NCBI GenBank assembly: GCA_963778655.1 | Contig: CAVZVA010000011.1 | Location: forward strand, 64,001-128,000 | Source of the DNA: an uncultured delta proteobacterium | Lineage (GTDB): Bacteria; Myxococcota_A; Polyangia; Polyangiales; JAFGIB01 | Direction of reading: 5' to 3' | DNA length: 64,000 bases | Shown: piece after piece, positions 49,449 through 59,197 of the stretch | How positions within the stretch are numbered: position 1 is the first letter of the stretch | How the letters are laid out: each line of letters begins with the position of its first letter | Notes under the pieces: model-generated | What the model was told of the DNA's origin: nothing | Seen by the model: the letters and a program-made list of their open reading frames with translations, nothing else | Databases searched by the model: none | Made by a program: the position numbers and the translations under genes

Positions 49449-49683
49449 GACTGGCAACCGTGCCAGCTGGCAGGTCAGCCAGCGCGGGCGGAGGTGGAGG
49501 CGATCGTGAAGACGCGCCGCGATTCGCCCGCGACCTGCGGCGCCTGCTCGATGGAGCCGAAGGCGGCCACGCAACTACCCGAGCGGCGATCGCGGCCGTT
49601 GCGGGGCGGTCCGCCGTCGATGTTGGTCGACATGTTGCAGAACGTCGCGACCCAGATCCGCGCCGCGGAGGCTCGCATGGAAG

Positions 49684-50232
49684 TCAATGCGCGACGCCGG
49701 TCGAGCGCTCGGCGCGCGGGTCGCTTTGAGTGGCGACCAGGCGGAACTCGATCATCGGTAGCTCGGTGTCGTGCTCCCCGATCGCCGTGCCGAGCGTGGC
49801 CTCGATCACGGGTTTGAACGTATTCCACGCGCGGCGATGCCGATTTGTGTAGGCCTGCATCGCCTGGTCGGCCTCGGCTCGAGTGAGCACGCGCGCGGTG
49901 GCATGAGCGGGTGCATGACCAGCGATGAAGATGCGTACGTTGGCGTTAGCCTGCACGTTGCGGAACCACTGGGAGCGAGCGCCGAAGGCGGAGGCCACCA
50001 CGTACGTGTCCGGTGCGGGGTGGTCGAAGACTTCGAGCACGACATAGCGTTTGATGCCCGATCGCCGCCCGACGTGTTCGAGCATCAGTATCCGCGACCC
50101 AAACATGAATCCGAGGCGTGCCCGGTAGAGCCAGATGGGGGCGCGCATCAATCGGCGGGAACGCAACACCCGGGCCCCTCCGGTGGCGATCGCGCGGGAG
50201 ATGAACTGCGGCAGTGTTTGTGTGTTGGTCAT
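49684..50232 (-). CDS. Deazaflavin (F420)-dependent nitroreductase family protein
   Basis: PIWLYRARLG, LEHVGRRSG..R.VVLE and VASAFG..SQWFRNVQAN motifs. Confidence 0.88.
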   Translation of the reverse strand: MTNTQTLPQFISRAIATGGARVLRSRRLMRAPIWLYRARLGFMFGSRILMLEHVGRRSGIKRYVVLEVFDHPAPDTYVVASAFGARSQWFRNVQANANVRIFIAGHAPAHATARVLTRAEADQAMQAYTNRHRRAWNTFKPVIEATLGTAIGEHDTELPMIEFRLVATQSDPRAERSTGVAH

Positions 50233-50339
50233 GGGTCCCTCTCGCTCGGTATAGCGTCACCATGCTGGAGTTGGCGACGAGGGTGATGGGATATCATCGA
50301 GACTCGCGGATGCCTCGACGTCAACTGCAGTTCGTGTAC

Positions 50340-51307
50340 ATGTCACGTGTCAAACGGCGCCACGTACCGGATACCGTTGTACACATCATCGTTCGCTTCG
50401 TCGACGGCCAGCACATCATGGACGAGGTTGAGAAAGCGCGCGAGCAGTACCTCGCCAGGCTCTCGATCGAGCCTTCAGTGCCGCACTGATAGGCACTCAC
50501 GTCCACCTCGGCGCCATCTGCGGGCACGAACCGCTCGACAGCTGGGCAAAGCGCTTGCACTCGGGATGGGCCAACTGGATCAATCGAGCCGGTCGCAGGC
50601 GCGGCCGACGAACGCGGGGCCCTGTCCTCGCTGATAGGCCGCGAACCCTGCTCGTGCCTGACGATCGAGCCGTGCACCTCGGTGCATACATCCATAATAG
50701 CCCAGTGCGCGCACATGTTGTCACGGCGCCCAAGCACAGCACATGGACCAGTCATCGCGCGTACCTGGGCGCCGATAGGTCGATCGCGGCCCTCGACATC
50801 GAGGGCGGTCTGTCCTTCTATGGATGCACCGCCAGCCCTGAGGGACGACGGCGTTTTCACGAGTTCGTCTACGAACGCCGCTTGGACCCGCGCGATCCGG
50901 AGCTCAGCGGCAGGACGACTCAGGACGTGCGCCGGTCGACGCGCAGTGTTCACGGCAGCACCGCGGAGCTGCAGACACCGGAGCTCACAATAGACCGGCG
51001 CGCTCATTTCCCGGTGCACGTACCAACTCTCCGCCGCACCCCTTACACCGCAAGCGTCGAAGCATTTCTGGTCACTGCCTCGTGTCTTCTTGGCGTCGAA
51101 GCTCACCAGCTCCTGGGTCGCGGACGAGAGCGAGGTCGAGCACGCTTGCGAACGACCGTCGTGCTCGCCTGGCGCATGCTCGGCCGTCGCAACAACGAGC
51201 TCTGCGCCGCCCTACAAGTCAGCCAACCCGCCGCTTCCAACATCATCGCCAGAGCCACTCAGGTAGATCTGCGAGAAGCAGGAAGCCTCGTACGCAAGCT
51301 TCTGTGA
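50340..51307 (+). pseudogene. RAYT-like HUH transposase with a C-terminal HTH (DnaA-C-like), frameshifted
   Basis: HIIVR, THVH (HUH), GPVLADR, YIHNSPVRA..V......WTSHRAYLG and C-terminal ELCAALQVSQPAASNII; frame break near 50460-50490. Confidence 0.78.
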
Positions 51308-51326
51308 ATTAGTTACGTTCCGTCCC

Positions 51327-51720
51327 TTTTCCCCCGCTCATGCCGGCTGCGCGCGAAGCTCTCGTGCGTTGGCAGACGGCCTCCTGCCGCAGGGCTGGGC
51401 TGGTGTTTCCTGCGCCGTCCAAAGCCGTCTACAGCCGCGAGCACCGCTGGGGCTGGGACGAGCGCCGCTACGGCTCGGACATCCCGACGCGTGCCGGCAT
51501 CGAGCGCCGTGTCCCGTTCCATGCCCTGCGGCATACGTGCGCCAGCATGCTCGTGAGCGGCGAGTGGGGCCGCGCCTGGACGATCGAAGAGGTCTGCGCG
51601 TTCCTGGGCCACAGCTCGATCACGGTGACGCAGCGCTACGCTCACCTGTGCCGCGGAGCCTTGCAGCGCGCCGCCTCGCAGACGCTAGCGACGACCCCGC
51701 GAACCCGTCCGCCCATGGCG
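51327..51720 (+). pseudogene. C-terminal fragment of a phage-type tyrosine integrase
   Basis: FHALRHTCAS...LGHSSITVTQRYAHL; N-terminus absent; points toward the tRNA 3' end. Confidence 0.85.
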
Positions 51721-51799
51721 TCAAACCCGTCCACGAACCCGTCCACGGCAGCTAGAACCGATCGTAGGCTTGTCACCCAAGTGCCCGTGATCACTACAG

Positions 51800-51873
51800 C
51801 GCGCCCGGCAGGACTCGAACCTGCGACCGTCAGCTTAGAAGGCTGCTGCTCTATCCGACTGAGCTACGGGCGC
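51800..51873 (-). tRNA. tRNA-Arg (anticodon TCT)
   Basis: Reverse complement GCGCCCGTAGCTCAGTCGGATAGAGCAGCAGCCTTCTAAGCTGACGGTCGCAGGTTCGAGTCCTGCCGGGCGCG folds as a cloverleaf; CCA is not encoded. Confidence 0.96.
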
Positions 51874-52159
51874 TTTATCTCGTTATTTCAAACACTTATC
51901 ATGACGCAGGGAGAGGTCTGGTTCCCTCTTCGAGTGGGCTCGGCGGCGCGGGGCCGCGAGCGCTGTGTAGCACGGCGCAGGGGCGTCCAGGCTGGCGAGG
52001 TGTAGGGGCTCCGCCACCGGCGCCACGCTCAGGCGCGTTCTGGTCAGGCAGCGCCGGCGGGCGGGTGTGGCGACGCGGCGGGACGCGCGAAGATGCCGAT
52101 TTTGCGAGGCGCGATTTTGTTGCGGGCCTACGCGGAATAGCTCCGGCGCAGGGTGTGTT

Positions 52160-52356
52160 GTGAAGGACAGAAGGCCGCAAGGCCCTCCGCATCAAGCCAA
52201 ATCCCATCCCTCGAAAAGGACGGCTTCCCCGCCGTCCAGACCGCACACCGGAACAGACATCCATCCAAGCAGCCACCCCGCCCTCCTCGTTCAGCCCCTC
52301 AGGGGAGGGCGGGGTGGTCCACTAAAGGAGCCGTCCCGCAGGGGGCGGCTCTTTTG
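52160..52356 (+). ncRNA. Candidate structured small RNA
   Basis: Three stem-loops followed by an intrinsic terminator, with no credible plus-strand CDS. Confidence 0.4.
52328..52355 (+). terminator. Rho-independent terminator
   Basis: gagccgtccc-gcag-ggggcggctc followed by tttt. Confidence 0.75.
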
Positions 52357-52400
52357 GTTTGTCCCTCGTGACACGCAGCGCGCGAGCTTGCCTGGCTGAT

Positions 52401-53159
52401 TCAGAGCAGCACGCCGCCCTCGACCGGCAGGATGTGACCGGTCACCAGCTCGGAGCCGGTGACCAGCGACAGGATGGCGTCCGCCACATCCCCGGGATCG
52501 CACACACGCTGCAGCGGGGTGCGGCTCTCCTGGTGCTTCTTCAGCGCCTCGTATGCATCGCCCAGCCCCGCGCGCAGCCAGCGTCCGGTGATGAAGCCCG
52601 GCGCCACGGCATTGACGCGGATCTCGGGCGCGAGCGCACGCGCCAAAGCCAGCGTGAGATTGTTGAGCGCGGCCTTGGAGGCGCAATACGGGATCGAGCT
52701 GCCGGTCGCGCGCAGGCCGGCCACGCTCGAGACGTTGACCACGCAGCCGCCGCCGTCGGCCCGCAGCGCCGGGCGCGCGGCGCGTACGCACTGAAAGGGT
52801 CCCTGCAGGTTGACCGCCATGATGCGCTGCCAATGCTCATCGGCCACGGCCTCCAGATCGGCGTGGTTGATGAACGAAGTGGTACCCGCATTGTTGATCA
52901 GCACGTCCAACCGCCCGAACGCGCGCACCGCCGCGTCGATCATCGCGCGGCACTCGGCGTCGACGCTCACGTCGGCCTTGTGCACCAGCACGCGCACGCC
53001 CAGCGCGCGCGCCTCGGCGGCAGTGCGCTCGGCCTCCTCGGCGGAGCGGCTGTAGTTGATCAGCACGTCGCAGCCCAAGCGCGCGAGCGCGAGGGCAGTC
53101 TCGCGCCCTACCCCGGTCGCGCTCCCGGTGACGACAGCGGCCTTGTTTCGGACGTCCAT
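52401..53159 (-). CDS. SDR family oxidoreductase
   Basis: VTGSATGVG, NNAG, YCASK and RVNAVAPG motifs. Confidence 0.93.
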   Translation of the reverse strand: MDVRNKAAVVTGSATGVGRETALALARLGCDVLINYSRSAEEAERTAAEARALGVRVLVHKADVSVDAECRAMIDAAVRAFGRLDVLINNAGTTSFINHADLEAVADEHWQRIMAVNLQGPFQCVRAARPALRADGGGCVVNVSSVAGLRATGSSIPYCASKAALNNLTLALARALAPEIRVNAVAPGFITGRWLRAGLGDAYEALKKHQESRTPLQRVCDPGDVADAILSLVTGSELVTGHILPVEGGVLL

Positions 53160-53300
53160 GGTACGCTCTCCCTGCGCCTGCCCGGCGCCGCAACTGCGTC
53201 CTATCCGCGCGGAACCTAGCGCAATTGCCGGCTGCTGGGGACGGCGGAACGTCCCAGGCCGCCCTTGCATCCCCGATCCCGGTCAGCAATACCTTAGTCC

Positions 53301-55040
53301 GTGTCCGCACAAGAGATGGAGCCGGAGGGCATCCCGGCCACGTTCTCGCACGAGCCACCCGGGCCCGACGTGCTGCTGCGGACCGTGGTGCCACCCTATC
53401 GGCTGGGCGAAATGCTGTTGCAGATCGCCGAGCTGCGGCTGGACGGACGCCTTGCGCTGGTCACCGACATGGGGCGCAGGACGATTTACTTCCACAGCGG
53501 GCTGCCCGTGTTCAGCGAGTCCTCGCTGTTCGGGGAGCGCCTGGGCGCGCTCGGCGTGCGCCACGGGCTGCTCGCGCGCCACGACGTGGCACGCGCGCTC
53601 TCGTACGCGCGTGACCGCGGCTGCGGCATTGGCCAGGCGCTGCTCGAGAACGAGCGCATCGACAGCGCCGGACTGTTCGCGCTGCTGGGTGTGCAGCTGC
53701 GCGAGGTGGTGGCCGCGAGCTGCGGCGGTGAGCCGCTGCGCGCGCGCTTCCAGGCGGGGCGCGCCGGACCCGACGGCGTGGTGATCTTGAAGCTGCATCC
53801 GCTGACCGCGGTGCTCAACACCCTGACGCTGATGCCCGACGAGGAGCAGGACCGGCTGCTCTCGGCGGTGGGCGGGCGACCCGTGCTGGGTACGCCGATT
53901 CCGGCGACGGCGCGCGAGTGGCTGACCGACCTCGGATATCTCGGCGAGCTCGATCGCTTGACGCTGGGCACGCCGACCGTCAGCGGCATGCGCTCCCGCT
54001 TGCTGGCGCGCCACCGGCCCGGCGCCGAGAAGTGCTTCGATCCCGACGCCGTCCCCTACTCGCTGCCCGGACCGCGCGCCGCGGCGCGCCCGAGCGCGCC
54101 CAAGGTAGCGGACCTGGCGACGCTCACCCTGCTGATGACCGGCGCGCTCAAGCTGGGCGAGCCGCTGCAGCGAACCGGCAGCGGCCTGGAGCGCGACGCG
54201 CCGGCCTCCGCCAACGGGGCGAGCAACCCGCAGATTTCGCTGGCCAGCGCGGCCGCGTCCCCGCTAGCCGAGATCCGCCCCGGGCCCAATGGGGCGCCGC
54301 CCAGTGAGGTGGACCGCATGATCGAGGCCTACTTGTTCGCGGAGCGCGACCGCGCGCTGGCGGCGGCGGCCGCGGTGTGGGGGCCCAGCGTGGAGGCCAG
54401 CGATGCCTCGGTGCCGGTCGAGCTGATGCGCCTGTATCTGACGCTCAAGCCCGAAAAGCGGCCCGCAGTCGTGCTCGGGGTCGAGGCCTCGGCGCCGCCC
54501 GAGCAGATCCTGCAGGCCTACGCCCGGCGCGCGGCGCTGCTGGCCACCATCGATCGCCCCAACGCCGGCCCGCACCTGCGGTGCCGCGCCGCAGAGCTCG
54601 CGCGCTGCTTCGAGCTCGCGCTGGAGAAGCTGGTCCCGGGAGCCTCGGCGGGCGCGCTCTCCCCCGAAGCGGGGGCTGCCGATTCCACGCCGCCGGCGCC
54701 GGCCAGCGTGCCGCCACCGGCACGGTCCCAGAGCCAGCCGCCCCCGGCCGCTGCAGCGCGCGGCTCGGCCGAGGCGAGCGCGGCCAAGGTCGAGGCGCTG
54801 ATGCGCGCGGGCAACTGGCGCGGCGTGCTGGACACGATCGAAGGCCCAGACGCCTCGCTGCCGTTCACGCTGCGCCTGGCGCGCGCGATGGCCCAACGGG
54901 AGCTGCAAGGCCAGACCAAGCCGCGCCCCACCCGCACGCTGTTCAAGGTCGCGCTCGGATTCACCCTCGGGCTCGCGCTGGGCGTGATCGCGGAGCACTT
55001 CTGGGCCGCGGGACGGCTGCTCCAGCTTCCCGGGTTCTGA
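53301..55040 (+). CDS. DUF4388-like protein with a degenerate J-domain-like segment and a C-terminal TM helix
   Basis: G.L.L......IYF.SG.PVF..S...GERLG..., IGQALL; VLGV..SA..EQI..AY; hydrophobic C-terminus. Confidence 0.65.
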   Translation: MSAQEMEPEGIPATFSHEPPGPDVLLRTVVPPYRLGEMLLQIAELRLDGRLALVTDMGRRTIYFHSGLPVFSESSLFGERLGALGVRHGLLARHDVARALSYARDRGCGIGQALLENERIDSAGLFALLGVQLREVVAASCGGEPLRARFQAGRAGPDGVVILKLHPLTAVLNTLTLMPDEEQDRLLSAVGGRPVLGTPIPATAREWLTDLGYLGELDRLTLGTPTVSGMRSRLLARHRPGAEKCFDPDAVPYSLPGPRAAARPSAPKVADLATLTLLMTGALKLGEPLQRTGSGLERDAPASANGASNPQISLASAAASPLAEIRPGPNGAPPSEVDRMIEAYLFAERDRALAAAAAVWGPSVEASDASVPVELMRLYLTLKPEKRPAVVLGVEASAPPEQILQAYARRAALLATIDRPNAGPHLRCRAAELARCFELALEKLVPGASAGALSPEAGAADSTPPAPASVPPPARSQSQPPPAAAARGSAEASAAKVEALMRAGNWRGVLDTIEGPDASLPFTLRLARAMAQRELQGQTKPRPTRTLFKVALGFTLGLALGVIAEHFWAAGRLLQLPGF

Positions 55041-56600
55041 ATGGGCGGCCCAAGCGCGAGCACCGACCTCGAGCAGCAGGCACGCTACGACCGCGCGCTC
55101 AAGCGCGGCGCGCTATACAACACGCTCGGCGGCCTGGCGCGGCTGGTGCAACCGCTGTTCGTGGTGGTGGTCACCTGGTTGTGGGGACCCGCGCTGATCG
55201 GCCCCTACCTGCTGGCGATCTCGTTCATGGAGATCGTCTCAGGCGCGCTCGTCAACGGCTACACCGACGCCACCACCATCTTCGCCAGCCGCCACCTCGA
55301 GCACGCGGACACCGACCCGCGGCAAAAGCGCGCGCTCTACGACGTGCTCGCGAACTCGCTGCTCTGCTCGCTCGGAGCGAGCTTGCTGTGCGCGCTGCTC
55401 GCCCAGCTCGGCGCCTCGTTTCTGGTCGGGCGCTTCTTCCCGCAGTACGGCCAGCTGCTGCCCGGGCTGTACCTGCTGATGTGGGCGCTGCTGCCGCGCG
55501 CGGCCGGTCAGTTCGCGATCGCCGCGACCAAGGCCACCATGCGCATGGAGTACGACGCGCTGCTCAACGGCATGCTGCACCCGGTTGCGCTGCTGCTCGC
55601 GGGGCTGCTGGCGTACGCGCTCGGCGGAGGGCTTTCGGCACTATGCGCCGCCCACCTCGCGGTCGAGTCGCTGGTGTGCGTGCTCGGGTTTCGCGCCGCC
55701 GGACGGCTCTACGACCTGCGCGCGCTGCTGCACGCGGTGCGCCACTTTCGCTTCGACCGCGCCCTGCTGGCATTCGCCCTGCCGCAGAGCCTCAACCTCA
55801 CCTTCAACCGCTACATCGCGCGGCTCGACGCGATCATGCTGGCGTGGTTCGGGGTGGGTGCGGTGCAGCTGGGCTACTTCGGCACCGCGGCGCTGCTCAC
55901 CAGCAATCTGGCGCAGCTGCGCGTGGTGTTCACCGGCGCGCTCGCGCCGGTCGCTTCGCGTCACTATGGCGCCGGCGACAAGCGCGCGTTCGAGGAGGCG
56001 ATGAATCGCGTGGCGCGCTGGGCGACCTCACTGGTCGTACCGGCGGTCTTGCTGTGTCTGTTGCTGCGCGAGGATCTGATGCGGCTGGTGAGCCGTGCCT
56101 ACGGCGGGCACAGCCTGTTCATCGCCGTGCTGCTGATCCCGCCTTTCACCAGCTGCGCCTATGGCATCGCGGGCAGCTGCCTGTTCTACGCCGGCCACAG
56201 CCGCGTGACCTTGTTCAATAGCTCGCTGGTGGCGCTGCTCAACACCGGCTTCAACTACGTGCTGATCCCCCGCTACGGCTTGCTCGGCGCGGCCTCGGCC
56301 ACCGCGCTCGCGACCTCGCTCACGACTCTACTGCAGATGCTGGAGCTGTGGTGGATCGAAGGGGTGCGGATCCGCTGGAAGGCGGTGTGGAAGCCGCACG
56401 TGGGGCTTGCGGCCGGTGCGCTCTTGTTGTGGCTGCTGTGGGATCCGGCGAGCCTCGGGGCGTGGGCCAAGGCACGCACAGCGTGCGGGCTGCTGCTCGG
56501 CTATCCGGCGTTGATGCTCGCGCTCGGCCACGAGGAGCTGCTGGCTCTGGTGCGGCGGTGGCGGCGGCCTGCGGTGGCGGCCACGCGGCCCGGCGCCTGA
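55041..56600 (+). CDS. Wzx/MOP-superfamily oligosaccharide flippase
   Basis: Many TM segments; LLAFALP, RLD.IML.WF and LIPRYGLLGAASAT. Confidence 0.85.
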   Translation: MGGPSASTDLEQQARYDRALKRGALYNTLGGLARLVQPLFVVVVTWLWGPALIGPYLLAISFMEIVSGALVNGYTDATTIFASRHLEHADTDPRQKRALYDVLANSLLCSLGASLLCALLAQLGASFLVGRFFPQYGQLLPGLYLLMWALLPRAAGQFAIAATKATMRMEYDALLNGMLHPVALLLAGLLAYALGGGLSALCAAHLAVESLVCVLGFRAAGRLYDLRALLHAVRHFRFDRALLAFALPQSLNLTFNRYIARLDAIMLAWFGVGAVQLGYFGTAALLTSNLAQLRVVFTGALAPVASRHYGAGDKRAFEEAMNRVARWATSLVVPAVLLCLLLREDLMRLVSRAYGGHSLFIAVLLIPPFTSCAYGIAGSCLFYAGHSRVTLFNSSLVALLNTGFNYVLIPRYGLLGAASATALATSLTTLLQMLELWWIEGVRIRWKAVWKPHVGLAAGALLLWLLWDPASLGAWAKARTACGLLLGYPALMLALGHEELLALVRRWRRPAVAATRPGA

Positions 56601-56611
56601 AGCGCCCTGGC

Positions 56612-57283
56612 TCAGCGCGCAGGCACGGGTTGCGCAGGTTGGGCCGGTTGCGGCTCGCGCGCCGGCTGCGGCGCGGGCGCGGGCACCGAGCGCAGGTTCT
56701 CGAAGGTTGCGCGCGCGTCTTCATCCAGCCGGTCGCGCACCGTGCCCGCCCCGAACATCGCAGCGAGCCCCGAGATGCGCAGCGTGTTGTGAAAGGAGAC
56801 CCGCGTGCGCTGGAAGCGGCCGTCCTTGCTCAGCTCTTCCAGGTCATAGGTGGTGACCGAGTCGTCGAAGTTCGGGTCGTGGGGCTTGCCGCTGGCCTTG
56901 CTCAGGGCCGCGGCGATCTTCGCCGACACCAGGCGAAATTCCACGCGAATGCGATTCGATGATCGGCGCACGGTGACGTGACTGAAGAAAGTGGTGTTCT
57001 GCACGTCCTCGACGAAGGTCCACACGTAGAAGTCATCGGGCCGGCGGTGGTAGGGCAGCACCAGCTCATGGGTCACGTGCGGCGCACGGTAGCGGCAGCC
57101 GTGATCGCAGGCGGCGCCGTACGCGGTGATCACCGCCAGCAGATCCTGAGCGCGCGCGGCAAACAACCACTGGCGACTCACGCTGAAGTCCTTGGCCTGC
57201 GCGGCCGCGGGCCAGCCGAGCAGCACGCAGAGCAGCGGCAGCAGCAACAGCGGGCCGCGTGTGGGGCGTGAGCGCGCGCTCAT
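56612..57283 (-). CDS. Hypothetical secreted protein
   Basis: Signal peptide ending AQA, followed by a globular body. Confidence 0.65.
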   Translation of the reverse strand: MSARSRPTRGPLLLLPLLCVLLGWPAAAQAKDFSVSRQWLFAARAQDLLAVITAYGAACDHGCRYRAPHVTHELVLPYHRRPDDFYVWTFVEDVQNTTFFSHVTVRRSSNRIRVEFRLVSAKIAAALSKASGKPHDPNFDDSVTTYDLEELSKDGRFQRTRVSFHNTLRISGLAAMFGAGTVRDRLDEDARATFENLRSVPAPAPQPAREPQPAQPAQPVPAR

Positions 57284-57930
57284 CCGTCGCTCAGCGCTTG
57301 CAGGATGTGAACCGCGTCGCCGGGGCGCAGCGCGGTGGCGAGGCCCCAGGTCTGCTCGCCGTTGACAAAGATGCGTATGTGGCGGCGAAACGCGTCCTGC
57401 TCGTCAAGCATGCGGAGCTTCGGCCCGTCGGGCGTGCCGCCCTGCCCGCCGCCGTTCCAGGTCGTGCGCTGCGGGTGATCGTTGAAGCCCGAGATCGGCT
57501 GCCAGCCCTCGCCGCCATCCTCAACGCGAAACAGCCCGTGCGGCGAGGTGCTGCCCGCGTGCCACACGCCGGGCTCGCTCGCGTGCCCGGGCGTGAGCCA
57601 GAACACGTGGTCGACCACGCGCCCCTGCTGGCCCTCGGGCGCCTCGGCGAACGCCGGCGGCTTCGCGGCTTCTTTCCAGTGCTTGCCGAGATCGGTCGAG
57701 CGGAAGACGGTCGGGCCGAGGTGGCCGGTGCGCGCCGCGACCAGCAGGGTGCGGCGGTCGCGCGGGTCAGGCACGACGTGATGCACCACGTGTCCAAGAA
57801 ACCACGTACCCACCTGCTTCCAGCTCCGGCGCGCGCGGTCGGCCTTGAGCATGAACGCGCCCTTCTTGGTGGCGACGAGCAACGCCACCGGACCGCGCGC
57901 AGCTTTCGACGTCGTGGCTGGCGCCTTCAT
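57280..57930 (-). pseudogene. In-frame deletion fusion of a BNR/sialidase-like beta-propeller N-terminus and a MoaD/ThiS C-terminus
   Basis: LLVATKKG..., RSTDLGKHW, GTPDGPKL joined to RMLDEQ..FRRHIRIFVNG...L.PGD.VHILQALSDG. Confidence 0.7.
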
Positions 57931-58011
57931 TCGCGTGCCCTTCGGGTTTGCGAGCTTCGCGCCGAACGTAGGCCAGCGGTTCGCGGCTGTCGAGCCGTCC
58001 GCGCGCCCTGT

Positions 58012-58281
58012 TCACGGCGCAGTGCCGGTGGGCGTGGGCTTGCCAGCCGGCTTGGGGCGCGGCCGCCCCGGACGCCGGCAGCCGCAGCGCAGCTCGCACT
58101 CGGTCATGATACGTTGGGGGGGCAGCGAGCTCTTCGCGGGCGAGGTATCGGGATTGCTGGCCTCGCAGCGCTCGAGGCAGTCCGAGATCTCCTGCTGGCA
58201 GGCCGGTCCCGTGGTTGCGCAGGCCGAACCGCCGAGCGTGAGTCCGAGCGCCGCGAGGCGAAGGATGTGTATTGGCTTCAT
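58012..58281 (-). CDS. Small Cys-rich lipoprotein
   Basis: GGSAC lipobox; C...ISDCLERC...CELRC. Confidence 0.6.
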   Translation of the reverse strand: MKPIHILRLAALGLTLGGSACATTGPACQQEISDCLERCEASNPDTSPAKSSLPPQRIMTECELRCGCRRPGRPRPKPAGKPTPTGTAP

Positions 58282-58573
58282 GATCCGGAGAGCACCTGGG
58301 TGATGACAAACACGGCGACGCCGGCCACCGGCAGCAGCGGCTGTGGCGGGGAGGCGCCGTCGATCCAGAGATAGCGGGGCACGCGCCCGGCGTCGAGCGC
58401 CGGCTTCCAGAACCCACGGCAGCCCCGGTCGACGAGACCTCGCAGCGCTCGCCGCGCAGTCGGCGCCAAAGGCTTGCGTTCGGTCCAAAGCGCGGCTAGT
58501 GCTCCGAGCGGACGATTCAGAAGCACCCGGTCAGAGCACGGAAATCGCGGAGCTCAGCGCGAGGGGGACAGCG

Positions 58574-59197
58574 GTGCGAACGACGGTCTTCTGTGTCGCG
58601 CTCTTGGCGTGTTGTCGGCGAGCACGAGGATCTGCAGGGCACAGGAGACGCCGGGGCCGGCGTCACCGGCTCTCGAGGCGGCCGACGCGTCCATGCCCGC
58701 GCCGCCGCCTGCAGCCGTGCCTGCGGTTGCGGAGTGCCATCCGGATTGCAGGGCTGGGTTCGTGTGCGAACGCGGGCAATGCGTATCGGCCTGCAATCCG
58801 GCGTGTCCGAGCGGACAACGCTGCACCGAACAGGCGCAGTGTGTCCCGGAGCTTGGCGCCGCGGTCGCCGCCGCGCCGGTGATCAGCTCAGCCCCGGCTG
58901 CAGCTAGGGCTCGGCGTGGGGCTGTTCCACTATCTGCGCATTTCCCAAGACACCGGCGCAGGCAGCAAGGCCACCACATCGACCACTGACCTGGGGACGC
59001 TGAACGCCGGCTCCGTGAGGGTGGGCTACGGAATCACCGACGCGGTGATTGTCGCTATCGCGCTGGGCGCCTACCGGAGTCACCAGTACAATGGCTCGGC
59101 GCCGATCCCATCGAGCAACAACTCGGCGGTTACGCTGGCCCCCGCCGTCCAGTACGTGCCGCCCGGGCTTCCCTTGTACGTGTCAGCCTGGCTCTAG
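58574..59197 (+). pseudogene. Broken gene: Cys-rich N-terminal part and beta-barrel-like fragment, ending at a MITE
   Basis: CHPDCRAGFVC..GQCVSACNPAC in one frame and alternating beta strands (VRVGYGIT, VTLAPAVQY) in another; the TAG stop is the MITE CTAG. Confidence 0.45.

Noticed and set aside
51720..52005. Integrase ORF extension through the tRNA
   Set aside because: Recognisable integrase similarity ends shortly after the catalytic Tyr; the remainder overlaps the tRNA antisense and is not protein-like.
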